DNA of 64,000 nucleotides from an uncultured Candidatus Saccharibacteria bacterium (lineage in GTDB: Bacteria; Patescibacteriota; Minisyncoccia; Phycocordibacterales; UBA9973). Each line of letters opens with the position of its first letter. Position 1 is the first letter of the stretch. The notes beneath the pieces are model-generated. The model saw only the letters and a program-made list of their open reading frames with translations. It was not told where the DNA came from and did not search any database. The stretch spans positions 4,563-68,562 of the forward strand of contig CAYYNN010000002.1 in assembly GCA_964473175.1 (NCBI GenBank), written 5' to 3'. Positions 38,866 through 48,550 of the stretch are shown in pieces. Made by a program: the position numbers and the translations under genes.

Positions 38866-39771
38866 ATGACTATTGTACTGACTGGGGGATCTGGCTTCAT
38901 TGGTACCCAACTATCTCGCAAGCTTCTTGCACTGGGAGACACGGTTATTGTTGTCGATCGGAGTGCCCCAACCTTTACGCATGAGCGCCTTTTTTATATT
39001 GCTTCTGATATTACCACGCAGCAGCTCCCATTTAACGTACTGGAGCATACAGATGCAATCATCAACCTTGTCGGTGCATCAATATCCAAGAAATGGACAC
39101 CATCATACAAGAAGCTTATTCGAGACAGCCGCATCATCAGCACAAAACACGTTGTTGAAAGTATGTACGCAGCAACATCACGTCCTGCCATATTGATCAA
39201 CGCATCAGCTGTGGGGTATTACGGAGAACGCGGTGAAGAAGAGCTTACCGAAAAGTCATTAAAAGGAACAGGGTATCTCAGCGACGTTGTTAGTGAATGG
39301 GAAACAGAAGCACACAAAGCAGAAGCATTTGGTACACGAGTTGTCTGTATCCGTACTGCACCAGTTGTTGGACATGGAGGGATGATTGCAGAGATGAGAA
39401 AAAGTGCGCGATTTGGTTTCTTGCTTGCATTAACAAAGAAAGATTTTTGGCAGCCATGGATTCATGAAGATGACATTGTGAATGCGTATCTCTTTGCACT
39501 ACAAACATCCACTGTACAAGGTGCCATCAATGCCGCTGCGCCAGAGATTGTGACACATACAACGTTTATGAAGACGCTCGGGCAAGTAACACATCGTCGA
39601 GTTATTGGTGCTCTACCAGTGTGGCTTAAGCGAATGCTGTTTGGGGATCTGACTGTTGGGTTGACGCAAAGTCAACGAGTACTGCCGCAGCTTATTATGG
39701 ATAAAGGATTTATTTTTACATACCCAACCGTACTTGCTGCAATGACAGATGCGATAACAAAAAAACAATAA
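38866..39771 (+). CDS. TIGR01777/YfcH-family NAD-dependent epimerase
   Basis: TGGSGFIG, SRIIST, NASAVGYYG, PWIHEDD. Confidence 0.85.
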   Translation: MTIVLTGGSGFIGTQLSRKLLALGDTVIVVDRSAPTFTHERLFYIASDITTQQLPFNVLEHTDAIINLVGASISKKWTPSYKKLIRDSRIISTKHVVESMYAATSRPAILINASAVGYYGERGEEELTEKSLKGTGYLSDVVSEWETEAHKAEAFGTRVVCIRTAPVVGHGGMIAEMRKSARFGFLLALTKKDFWQPWIHEDDIVNAYLFALQTSTVQGAINAAAPEIVTHTTFMKTLGQVTHRRVIGALPVWLKRMLFGDLTVGLTQSQRVLPQLIMDKGFIFTYPTVLAAMTDAITKKQ

Positions 39772-39772
39772 T

Positions 39773-40630
39773 ATGAACCGTATTGATATAGAAACGACTG
39801 GTTGGAGCGAATACTCACTTATAGATAGTGGAGAAGGCAGAAAGCTCGAAGTGTTCAACGGGGTGATACTCGATCGACCAGACCCTCAAGTACTCTGGGG
39901 TAAATCTTGTATAGAGCGATGGAGTGAAGCACACGCACAGTTCGTATGGGCAGACAAAGGAGAACGTTGGAAGGCATCAAAAGACCTTGCGGAAAGTTGG
40001 CATATACGGTGGCGAGACATGACACTCGCCCTTTCATTGAAAGGGTTTAAGCATATCGGAATATTTCCTGAGCATGCACATCAATGGGAAGATTTACACC
40101 TACTTGCCAAGAAAGTACCTGACCTCAATATGTTAAACCTCTTTGGGTACACGGGAGCGGCAAGTGTCGCAGCGTCGCTCGGTGGCATGCACGTGACACA
40201 TATCGATGCGTCAAAAAGTACCATTGAAATAGTAAAAGAAAACGCAACACTTTCTGGACTTCCATCTACTGCGATACGTATTATATGTGAAGACACACTG
40301 CGATATGTAAAGCGGCTGATTCAACGTGAGGAAACTTTCGAAGTGATCGTGATGGACCCGCCAGCATTTGGGCGTGGACCAAAAGGAGAAATGTGGAAAA
40401 TAGAAGAATCGCTCACTGAACTTTTGTCATTAATACCAAAACTACTTTCTCCAAAAGCCAGATTGGTTATCCTTAACGGATACGCATCGGGGTACAGCGC
40501 TCGAACATTTGCTGAGCTTCTGAGAGAAGTGATGAAAGATGGATCGATAGAGTACGGTGATATCGGTATCAAACAAGTTGATTCTGAAAGACTGCTGACA
40601 ACCGGTATCTATGCCAAGTGGCAAGCATAA
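39773..40630 (+). CDS. Class I SAM-dependent methyltransferase (RlmI/RlmK-like)
   Basis: YSLIDSGEGRKLE, GIFPEH, LNLFGYTG, MDPPAFGRGP. Confidence 0.85.
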   Translation: MNRIDIETTGWSEYSLIDSGEGRKLEVFNGVILDRPDPQVLWGKSCIERWSEAHAQFVWADKGERWKASKDLAESWHIRWRDMTLALSLKGFKHIGIFPEHAHQWEDLHLLAKKVPDLNMLNLFGYTGAASVAASLGGMHVTHIDASKSTIEIVKENATLSGLPSTAIRIICEDTLRYVKRLIQREETFEVIVMDPPAFGRGPKGEMWKIEESLTELLSLIPKLLSPKARLVILNGYASGYSARTFAELLREVMKDGSIEYGDIGIKQVDSERLLTTGIYAKWQA

Positions 40631-40646
40631 TATATAATGCGCGCGT

Positions 40647-41075
40647 ATGGCCTCACCCAAATATCTTCCAAAGTATAAGTACCCCAACGATTTAGCAGTG
40701 AAGCGCGGTATTAACGGTCTTGGACTGTTTGCAAAGGTCCCAATTAAAAAAGGGGACTGCGTTATCGAATACGTCGGAGAAATCATCACTGCCGCACAAG
40801 CCAACGAACGCGGAGGACGCTATCTATTTGAAACATCTTCAAATAGACACATTGATGGGACAAGTCGCACCAATACTGCTCGGTATATCAACCACTCATG
40901 TCGAGCAAACTGTGAACCTGATACATCTGGAGGAAGAGTCTACATATCTGCAATCAAAAACATTCAACCAGGAGAAGAACTCTGTTACGATTATGGCAAA
41001 GAATATTGGAATGAATATATCAAGCCCAAAGGGTGTCTGTGTGCAAAATGTAAAGAAAAAAGAGAACAGAAGTAA
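40647..41075 (+). CDS. SET-domain protein-lysine methyltransferase
   Basis: GLGLFA, EYVGE, RYINHSC..NC, GEELCYDYG, post-SET CLCAKC. Confidence 0.92.
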   Translation: MASPKYLPKYKYPNDLAVKRGINGLGLFAKVPIKKGDCVIEYVGEIITAAQANERGGRYLFETSSNRHIDGTSRTNTARYINHSCRANCEPDTSGGRVYISAIKNIQPGEELCYDYGKEYWNEYIKPKGCLCAKCKEKREQK

Positions 41076-41107
41076 ATAAAAACCCTCATACTGAGGGTTT
41101 TTATTTA
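41073..41107. terminator. Bidirectional terminator
   Basis: TAAATAAAAACCCTCA / TGAGGGTTTTTATTTA. Confidence 0.75.
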
Positions 41108-41305
41108 ATAATCACTTATTTCGTACGGGTCCATGAGTTGTGCGATGAGCTCTTCCTCTTCGTCAACTGGTTCGTCGTCACTGATTTCATCTGCAAGGAG
41201 TGGAATCTCGTCGATCACTTCTACTTCGAGTACTTCATCCACAAGGAGTACTTTTGCGGGATCAATATCATCGTGTAGTTCTTCGGGTACTTCATCATCA
41301 GGCAT
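41105..41305 (-). CDS. Small, extremely acidic hypothetical protein
   Basis: 66 aa, 27 D/E and a single K; ends at the terminator. Confidence 0.6.
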   Translation of the reverse strand: MPDDEVPEELHDDIDPAKVLLVDEVLEVEVIDEIPLLADEISDDEPVDEEEELIAQLMDPYEISDY

Positions 41306-41395
41306 GGAACAAATATATTTATTTACGTTAGTATGCAGATAGTTGTATCAAACTCTGTTTTCTTTTGCAAGGGTTTTTTTGCAAAAAACTCTTTT

Positions 41396-41881
41396 TTATT
41401 GAAAAGCTCGAACACGCAAGGCTTCTGCTGCAGCAAATCCGAGCGCAATTGCATCGATCTCATCATCGAGTTTCTTTGAAATATCGATCTTGAGTGTGAG
41501 TTCAGCCATCTTTTGCACCTGTTTCTTGTCAGCATTCCCTACACCTGCCATCGCAAGTTTCACTTCTTGTGGAGAGAGCTCGATGAGCGGGAGCTGATGT
41601 TGTCCTGCAATCAATACGATCACGCCACGACTCTCCGCGACTTTGATTGCAGTCTTTTTATTTACTGAAAAGAATAATGTTTCAAGTGCAATATGTGTCG
41701 GATGCCACTGCTCAATCATCGCTGACACTTGCTCGTATACATCGAGCAGGCGTTTTTCCTGCAAATCCTTTTTGTTGGTTTCAATACATATTGAATCAAT
41801 CAACTTTGCCGGATGTCCCGTTTCAACAATGGCAACACCAACACGGTCGTATCCTGGATCTATGGCGAGAATGGTGTTCAT
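41396..41881 (-). CDS. ruvC: Holliday junction resolvase RuvC
   Basis: ILAIDPG, IALETLFF, GVGNADKKQV, DDEIDAIA. Confidence 0.93.
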   Translation of the reverse strand: MNTILAIDPGYDRVGVAIVETGHPAKLIDSICIETNKKDLQEKRLLDVYEQVSAMIEQWHPTHIALETLFFSVNKKTAIKVAESRGVIVLIAGQHQLPLIELSPQEVKLAMAGVGNADKKQVQKMAELTLKIDISKKLDDEIDAIALGFAAAEALRVRAFQ

Positions 41882-41979
41882 TAAAATTAGTATCGCATAT
41901 TGACGAGGATTGCCATATTATTGAAGAACTGTTTGAGGCGAAGCCGAGTTTTCGGAAAGAATATGGCAATCCTCGGAGA

Positions 41980-42969
41980 TTACTTATTTATATACTCTCT
42001 TCCTTTCTCACTCAACACACGACCTCGCGATGTTCGTTCAATAAGTCCGAGCTGTATCAGGTATGGCTCTACAACGTCTTCAATAGTTCCTTCGTCTTCG
42101 CCTGTTGCTGCTGCGAGGTTTTTGACACCAGTTGGGCCACCATGAAACTTTTCTTTGAGCGTTCTGAGAATGAGTATGTCGTTTGCAGAGAGACCGTTTT
42201 CATCAAGGCCGAGCAGTGTGAACGCTTCACGAACGCTTTCTGCGTCAATATCGCGCTTGTGCATTTGTGCATAGTCTCGAACACGACGAAGGAGATAGTT
42301 GGCGATACGTGGTGTCTGCCTCGATCGGGAAGCAACTGCGGCGAGCATTTCTTGGGGAAGTGTGATGTCGAGGATCTTCGCAGAGCGACCAAGAATGGTT
42401 GAGATTTCATTGTCACTATAAAACTCAAGTCTGAATGCTCCACCAGAGAATCTCGAACGCAGTGGTGCCGAGAGCATTCCAAATCTGGTGGTTGCTCCTA
42501 CGAGCGTAAATGGTGGCAAGTCGAGCTGCACTGTGCGCGCAGACGGGCCTTTGCCGATCATGATATCCATCTTGCCGGTTTCCATGACAGGGTAGAGGAC
42601 CTCCTCAATAGTTTTGTTGAGACGATGAATCTCATCGATGAATAACATATCGCCTGGCTGGAGGTTGGTCAGTATCGCTGCGAGGTCGCCGACGCGTTCG
42701 ATCGCAGGACCGCTTGTTACACGAATGTTTGCACCGACTTCACGAGCGATCACATGCGCGAGAGTGGTCTTGCCAAGTCCTGGCGGACCATAAAACAGGA
42801 TGTGTTCAGGACTGTGACCGCGTTCTTTGGCGGCACCGATGAGTATGCTGAGGTTTTTTTTGATATGCGATTGACCGATATAGTCGTCAAAAGAACCCGG
42901 ACGCAGTACTGTGTCGGAGAACTGTCCGTCGAGCGCTTTTTCTAATGAATCAGGGAGTGTACTTGACAT
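41980..42969 (-). CDS. ruvB: Holliday junction helicase RuvB
   Basis: LRP..FDDYIGQ, GPPGLGKTTLA, FIDEIHRL, GATTR, TPRIANYLLRRVRD. Confidence 0.96.
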   Translation of the reverse strand: MSSTLPDSLEKALDGQFSDTVLRPGSFDDYIGQSHIKKNLSILIGAAKERGHSPEHILFYGPPGLGKTTLAHVIAREVGANIRVTSGPAIERVGDLAAILTNLQPGDMLFIDEIHRLNKTIEEVLYPVMETGKMDIMIGKGPSARTVQLDLPPFTLVGATTRFGMLSAPLRSRFSGGAFRLEFYSDNEISTILGRSAKILDITLPQEMLAAVASRSRQTPRIANYLLRRVRDYAQMHKRDIDAESVREAFTLLGLDENGLSANDILILRTLKEKFHGGPTGVKNLAAATGEDEGTIEDVVEPYLIQLGLIERTSRGRVLSEKGREYINK

Positions 42970-43022
42970 AATTTATATATATGCTAGACTGTTCCTAGAC
43001 ATATATTCATTATACATCGAAG

Positions 43023-43163
43023 AAGGCTCAAATCTCTAAGCAGTCAGCTACGGTTCTAGATCTCTGCGCAGGACGTTCTGGTTTCGACTGGGGCTATCCT
43101 ACAACGTTGTCTTACTTATATTTTCTATATTTATAAGGACTGTTTAGAGATTTGAGCTTTTTT
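43023..43163 (+). ncRNA. Candidate structured non-coding RNA (6S-like) or MITE-like hairpin
   Basis: 23-bp stem 43023-43045/43138-43160 with two G-U pairs on the plus strand; internal UUCG hairpin; U-run at the end; candidate promoter TTGACA(42963)-16-TAGACT. Confidence 0.4.
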
Positions 43164-43174
43164 ATGTACATATT

Positions 43175-43210
43175 AATAAAAAGAACCGGCATAAGTCGGT
43201 TCTTTTTATT
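43175..43210. terminator. Bidirectional terminator after pilB
   Basis: AATAAAAAGAACCGGC / GTCGGTTCTTTTTATT. Confidence 0.7.
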
Positions 43211-44921
43211 TCTGATCATCCAAATCCACGACACTTCTCACTTCTGCAAAATCAGTTTTTCCTTGGAGGATTTTTATAAGGCCATCTTCGCGCATATCGA
43301 GCGTGCCTTGTGCGTCAGCAATTTTTTTAATATCACGTTCACTTGGACTACTGATAATGATCTTCTCAATCTGCTCATCGTTTTGGATGACTTCAAATAT
43401 TCCAAGTCGCCCTTTGTACCCAGTGTTGTTGCAGTTACTACACCCTGCAACTTGCCATAGCGTGTTCACATCACGTCGTACGCCAAACTGCTCCATGTTT
43501 TTACCTTTGGCAACAGCAGTATCCCAGATGTGTTCGATGTACTTCTTTTCCTCATCAGTGACTGGTCGTTCTGATTTACATTGAGTACACAATGTTCGCA
43601 CGAGACGCTGCGCAATAGAGAGCGAGAGTGCCGACACCAAGATCTTGGGATTCACATCAAGGTCGATGAGACGGGGGATGACACCGGATGCGTTGTTGGT
43701 GTGGAGTGTTGAAAAGACTAAGTGACCCGTGAGTGCACTTTCTACTGCAATCTTTGCCGTTTCTGGATCTCGGATTTCTCCCACCATGATAACGTCGGGG
43801 TCTTGTCGGAGTGCAGAGCGAAGACCTTCGAGGAATGTGTAGCCTTTTTTGTGATCAGTTTGCGTTTGGGTAATACCAGGCAAGTGATATTCAATAGGGT
43901 CTTCGATGGTGATGATTTTGATTTCTGGACTATATATCTTTTGGAGAAATGCATAGAGTGTCGTAGTCTTTCCAGAGCCAGTCGGGCCGGTCAAGAGGAT
44001 CATACCGTTTGGTTTTTTGATTTCGCGCATAAAGATGTCAAACATCGGAGCAGAAATGCCCATGGTGTCGAGTTGAACTCGGATACTTTTGGGGTTAAGG
44101 ATACGAAGCACAATACTTTCGCCATATGCACCAGGAATCAATGATGTACGAAATGATATTTCAACTTGCTCTTCGCCAGTCCCCAGAAATGCACTGAACC
44201 GTCCGTCTTGAGGAGTACTGTTGATGGTGAGTTTGAGCCCAGAGAGTAGTTTGATGCGAGTGTTTATTTGTTTGTAGATAGCTGCGGTAAAGTAGGTTAC
44301 CACACGCAATACTCCGTCGAGACGGAAACGAAGTTCAACCTTGTCTTCCATTGGTTCAATGTGGACGTCAGATGCGCCGATACCAATACCTGACCCAAGA
44401 ATAATTTCCAAAATACGTGAGAGGTGATGGGCACTAGAGTCATCTGCTAATGCTTTTTCAATTTCATGGACTGCGTCATCAATCGTTTTGATTTTATGTG
44501 AAAGATCCACAAGAACATCAGGGGACACATCTAGTCCTCCTGCTCGAGAACGAGTTGCAAATGACAAGTCTTCGTATCTACTCCATACCTTTTTCATACT
44601 GCGCTCACTTGCCATCACAAACGTCACTTCAAACCCTTTTGCTTCAAGCATTTCTTTGGCTTGTAGCGCACCATCAGCCAGAGGAGAACGAACGGCAAGC
44701 TTGAGCTTTTTGCCGATAAGTTTGTAGGGAGCAACATCGAGTCCTCGAGCATCTTTTTCTTCCATGAGTCGGATAGCATCGTTGTCGATAGGCATACCTG
44801 AGAGGTCGACACTTTCTATACCATAGCGGTCGCGTGCAAGCATCGATACCAAGCCTTCTTCTTCTTCGGTTCGCAAGCTCGCAAACTTCTTTTGTTGCTC
44901 TTCTTCATCAAAATGGACCAT
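43206..44921 (-). CDS. pilB: Type IV pilus assembly ATPase PilB/GspE family
   Basis: ASDVHIEP, PQDGR, GPTGSGKTT, EDPIEY, LRQDPDVIMVGEIRD, STLHTN, tetra-Cys motif. Confidence 0.9.
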   Translation of the reverse strand: MVHFDEEEQQKKFASLRTEEEEGLVSMLARDRYGIESVDLSGMPIDNDAIRLMEEKDARGLDVAPYKLIGKKLKLAVRSPLADGALQAKEMLEAKGFEVTFVMASERSMKKVWSRYEDLSFATRSRAGGLDVSPDVLVDLSHKIKTIDDAVHEIEKALADDSSAHHLSRILEIILGSGIGIGASDVHIEPMEDKVELRFRLDGVLRVVTYFTAAIYKQINTRIKLLSGLKLTINSTPQDGRFSAFLGTGEEQVEISFRTSLIPGAYGESIVLRILNPKSIRVQLDTMGISAPMFDIFMREIKKPNGMILLTGPTGSGKTTTLYAFLQKIYSPEIKIITIEDPIEYHLPGITQTQTDHKKGYTFLEGLRSALRQDPDVIMVGEIRDPETAKIAVESALTGHLVFSTLHTNNASGVIPRLIDLDVNPKILVSALSLSIAQRLVRTLCTQCKSERPVTDEEKKYIEHIWDTAVAKGKNMEQFGVRRDVNTLWQVAGCSNCNNTGYKGRLGIFEVIQNDEQIEKIIISSPSERDIKKIADAQGTLDMREDGLIKILQGKTDFAEVRSVVDLDDQK

Positions 44922-45016
44922 TGTATATATAGTATAGCGTATAACCCTGGAGATACCCCTACTATAAGCTTAAAAACAGCTCCTTTTCGACACATATTTG
45001 GTCTATAGGGAAGTAG

Positions 45017-45045
45017 TTGACAATATATGTATAGTATGCTATGAT
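45017..45045 (+). promoter_or_regulatory. Sigma70 promoter
   Basis: TTGACA-17-TATGAT with extended TG. Confidence 0.7.
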
Positions 45046-45094
45046 ATACACAAATCTTAATTCAAAATATTTTTAAACTTTAAAACTATAAAGA

Positions 45095-46243
45095 ATGAAT
45101 GTACGTTCAAAAATGGCGATATTGATAGTATTAATATCAATATCGTTTAATACAAAAGCAGAAAATTTACGCATGTTCCCGATTACATTGGAAACATTGC
45201 ATCCTAATTCGACAATGCACGCCGCATTCAAGCCTCAGTATTTGTTTAAATACAATACCCCGGCAAACCATGCTGAGTGTAAGCGATTATTGGCCGGTTT
45301 GGTATTAGGGGAGAAGTCATCAATGAATTACTTCCAGTTTCCGGAAAGCCAAAGGACTATTATCCAGAAGGAAATGAGTACTAAATACAAACCCGTTGGC
45401 GACAATACGTTACTGACATTTGAAGAAATAGCAGAAATAATTGATCGCTCAACGTTTGTACTGACACCCAGTAATCTCAAAGAGCACTATGCGCTATTGA
45501 GGCTTGATAACAATGGCAATGGTTCATTCGAATCAAGAAACCCTTACAAAACTGGAGACTATATCGATGGATATAGAGGATATGCACCTGAAGACGAGTA
45601 CAGTCTCGTCGATGGTGATATTATCAACTTCCAGGCATGTTGTGGCAATCTTGCCATAGGCATCGATGAGCCAGGTCATGTTTATAAGCCTGAAGTTAAA
45701 ATTGAGTATGTGGACAGACCTGTTCCATACCCTGTTGATCGTCCAGTTCCTTATGCAATTCATGACACAACAGTAGTTACTGCACCAAATGGCGGCAACG
45801 TAGCAACCAATACAACAAATGTATACGGTTGTGGCACCTGTGGCTCAACGCCAGCACCTGCTCCAAAAGAAAAAGTTCGCGTCGGTCAAACAGTCGGCGG
45901 AATCATTCTCGGTACTGCAGTCGGTACAACAGTTGGTGTAGTCGCTGGAGGAGCAATCCTCAACGGTATCTACAACCGAAGAGGGAGGATAAATGTGCCT
46001 CTACCAAATGGCCCGTCTAACCCTCCAACAAGATGGCCTGATGAGACTCCTCATCAAGGTGGTTCGGCTGGTACCAATCAGCCCAATGGAACCCCTATCC
46101 CTAACGATCCTAACTCAACACCCCCAATCGGTGGACACACATGGCTCCTTGGTCAAGGATCTAATCCTCCCCAAGGTGCTTCGTCTGTTGTACAGAGAGT
46201 AGGAACGGTATCCCCGATGCGTAGGGGGCTAGTTGCGAATTAA
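45095..46243 (+). CDS. Secreted/membrane hypothetical protein with VPY repeats and Pro-rich tail
   Basis: Signal peptide, VDRPVPYPVDRPVPY, glycine-zipper-like hydrophobic segment. Confidence 0.65.
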   Translation: MNVRSKMAILIVLISISFNTKAENLRMFPITLETLHPNSTMHAAFKPQYLFKYNTPANHAECKRLLAGLVLGEKSSMNYFQFPESQRTIIQKEMSTKYKPVGDNTLLTFEEIAEIIDRSTFVLTPSNLKEHYALLRLDNNGNGSFESRNPYKTGDYIDGYRGYAPEDEYSLVDGDIINFQACCGNLAIGIDEPGHVYKPEVKIEYVDRPVPYPVDRPVPYAIHDTTVVTAPNGGNVATNTTNVYGCGTCGSTPAPAPKEKVRVGQTVGGIILGTAVGTTVGVVAGGAILNGIYNRRGRINVPLPNGPSNPPTRWPDETPHQGGSAGTNQPNGTPIPNDPNSTPPIGGHTWLLGQGSNPPQGASSVVQRVGTVSPMRRGLVAN

Positions 46244-46266
46244 ACGTGCTTTATGTATTAAAATGT

Positions 46267-46296
46267 GTAGGTTGCCTAAACAGCAACCTACTTTTC
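46267..46296 (+). terminator. Intrinsic terminator
   Basis: GTAGGTTGC-ctaaaca-GCAACCTAC-TTTT. Confidence 0.65.
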
Positions 46297-46408
46297 TTTA
46301 GTGTCTATGTGTTGCCCCACAAGGGCACTGAAGAGAGGTATTGACTTTTATTATTAAAAATAGTATAATACACTCGTCGAATTATAAGTGGAAATCAACA
46401 AAACAAGT

Positions 46409-48481
46409 ATGAAAAAAATTATTATCACAGCACTCGCACTCATTATGGCAGTATCTACTGTCTCTTCGACTGCAGTAGCTGCTTCAAGTTTCAACGCTCC
46501 TGGCCTTATGCCAACAGTAACTGTTACAAACGCTACGACACATCCGTGTTCTGCTGGCGGGATTGATGGTTGTTGGCAAACGCATACAACTGCGGTGCCT
46601 GGAGATGTTATCGCCGTACACATTTATTATAAGAATACGAGTAACGTGCCTGCAGTAAATGCAACACTCTCTATTCAGCCAAGTCGTTCAGGAACAGCAG
46701 TAAGCTTTTACGGAGGAGTCGCTTCAGACACCGTATCTCGCGCAACTGGTACTGCAACTGCAACACTTTCACAGGTAACGACCTTTAGTTACATGGATGG
46801 GCAATATGCAGCATGTTGGGAACCAAGTGCAACAAGTGGATGTCGTTCAGTAAACGCTGACGCATTGTTTGGAACATCAGGTTTCAGTATCGGAACAGTA
46901 AATCCTGGAGAACAGGGAACACTCGTTGCTCGATTCCGAGTAAACGGTGTCGCTCAGAATACAACATATCAATGTAACGATGGCATCGACAACGATGGCG
47001 ACGGGTACACTGACTATCCGAGTGATCCTGGATGTTCATCAGCAACTGATGACTCTGAATATAATGCTCCGGTTAACAACAACCAATGTCAGATCGATAG
47101 CTTCAATGCAAGTCCTTCTACAATAATGGAAGGGAACTCATCTCAGCTTTCATGGGACACATCAGATTGTAGTTATGTGACACTCACCAATGTTTCAGGA
47201 AATCTCAGTGCTGATGGAAACCGTTCAGTAAGTCCTAGTAGTACCACAACGTATACGCTCCGTGCATATAACGACAATGGAACTCTCGGAGGTACTGACA
47301 CGAGAACTGTTACTGTTAACCAGCAACAGAATCAATCATGTCGTGTTGATGACTTCTATGCATCTCCGACAACAATCGATCGTGGGGACACGAGTACACT
47401 TCGTTGGTCAACCAGTGGAGGTGTCGATTATGTGACTATCTCAGGATTGTCAGGTAACCGTAGTGAAGACGGTTCAGTAAGTGTGAGTCCATACAGTACA
47501 CAAAGTTATTCACTTCGTGCATATTGTAACAATGGAAATTCCGCTACAGATTCAGTAACTGTTTCTGTACGAAGTACTCAGATAACAACTGCTCCACAAG
47601 CCATCACTACTGTTGCGACAGTACTTGGTAACACACAAGCTCGATTGAACGGTATCGCTGTACCCAATACTACTAACTCTACAACAAGCGCATGGTTTGA
47701 ATGGGGAGTAAGTGGATCATTTGGAAACCGTACTATTTCGCAAACAGTATCAAGTGGAAATAATTCACAATACTATAGTGATATTGCTTCAGGACTTGTT
47801 CCTGGTGGCGTATATTTCTACCGTGCAGTTGTCCAAAATCAAAACGGAATAGCCTATGGCGATACTGTACGATTTCAGACAACCCGATCAACAACTCCAT
47901 CGCCAGTAATTGTGAACCCGACACCTGTTGTACACAATGTAGTGGTAGCCCAGAGCGCGCCGTCATTACTTAAACTCAGTGTCGAAAGCAATTATGATCG
48001 AATGTGTATCAATGGTCAGATCGATTATACGATCACCTATGAGAACATTTCGACTACAGTACTCCAAAAGGCAGTACTCCAGTTTAATCACCCGAAGGAA
48101 CTTACCTATCTATCAGCAACGGGCGGACACTACGAAGTAGTTGACCGAACGATGACTATTGACCTTGGTGAAGTTCAGCCAGGAGAACGAGGAATTATCA
48201 CTGTGCATGCTCGTGTAAACGAAACTGCACTCAGTGGCAACCTAACCGTTGCAACTGCAACAGTGGTATACACAAACGCTCGAACACATGCTCAAGAAGA
48301 CGCTATTGCGTATTCACTGATCACGGTATCAAACGATTGTCCTAGTCTTCTCGGTGCAAGTGTATTTGGATTCGGTTCATTCCTCCCAAGTACCCTTATC
48401 GGATGGTTACTTCTCATACTTGTAATCTTCGCACTTATTGTCCTTGGTCGTCAGCTCTACAAAAAGACTGACCACTCATAA
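46409..48481 (+). CDS. Cell-surface protein with Ig/PKD-like repeats, Ca-binding-like motif, DUF11-like domain and C-terminal anchor
   Basis: Signal peptide; CNDGIDNDGDGYTDYPSDPGC; two F.ASP.TI..G..S.L.W repeats; IDYTITYEN; C-terminal TM with basic tail; TTGACT-17-TATAAT promoter. Confidence 0.8.
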   Translation: MKKIIITALALIMAVSTVSSTAVAASSFNAPGLMPTVTVTNATTHPCSAGGIDGCWQTHTTAVPGDVIAVHIYYKNTSNVPAVNATLSIQPSRSGTAVSFYGGVASDTVSRATGTATATLSQVTTFSYMDGQYAACWEPSATSGCRSVNADALFGTSGFSIGTVNPGEQGTLVARFRVNGVAQNTTYQCNDGIDNDGDGYTDYPSDPGCSSATDDSEYNAPVNNNQCQIDSFNASPSTIMEGNSSQLSWDTSDCSYVTLTNVSGNLSADGNRSVSPSSTTTYTLRAYNDNGTLGGTDTRTVTVNQQQNQSCRVDDFYASPTTIDRGDTSTLRWSTSGGVDYVTISGLSGNRSEDGSVSVSPYSTQSYSLRAYCNNGNSATDSVTVSVRSTQITTAPQAITTVATVLGNTQARLNGIAVPNTTNSTTSAWFEWGVSGSFGNRTISQTVSSGNNSQYYSDIASGLVPGGVYFYRAVVQNQNGIAYGDTVRFQTTRSTTPSPVIVNPTPVVHNVVVAQSAPSLLKLSVESNYDRMCINGQIDYTITYENISTTVLQKAVLQFNHPKELTYLSATGGHYEVVDRTMTIDLGEVQPGERGIITVHARVNETALSGNLTVATATVVYTNARTHAQEDAIAYSLITVSNDCPSLLGASVFGFGSFLPSTLIGWLLLILVIFALIVLGRQLYKKTDHS

Positions 48482-48500
48482 ATAGCATAACTTCTATTTT

Positions 48501-48534
48501 ACAAAACCCCCGCTACAAGCGGGGGTTTTGTTTT
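48501..48534. terminator. Intrinsic terminator
   Basis: ACAAAACCCCCGCT / AGCGGGGGTTTTGT. Confidence 0.75.
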
Positions 48535-48550
48535 GTGCTAGAATCCAGTT

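Noticed and set aside
41647-42402. 251-aa plus-strand ORF
   Set aside because: Antisense shadow of ruvC/ruvB with no recognisable motifs; the same applies to most short overlapping ORFs in the track
43069-43095. tmRNA, from the 5'-end-like GGACGTTCTGGTTTCGAC
   Set aside because: No matching tRNA-like 3' end or tag reading frame nearby, and the gap is too short for a one-piece tmRNA
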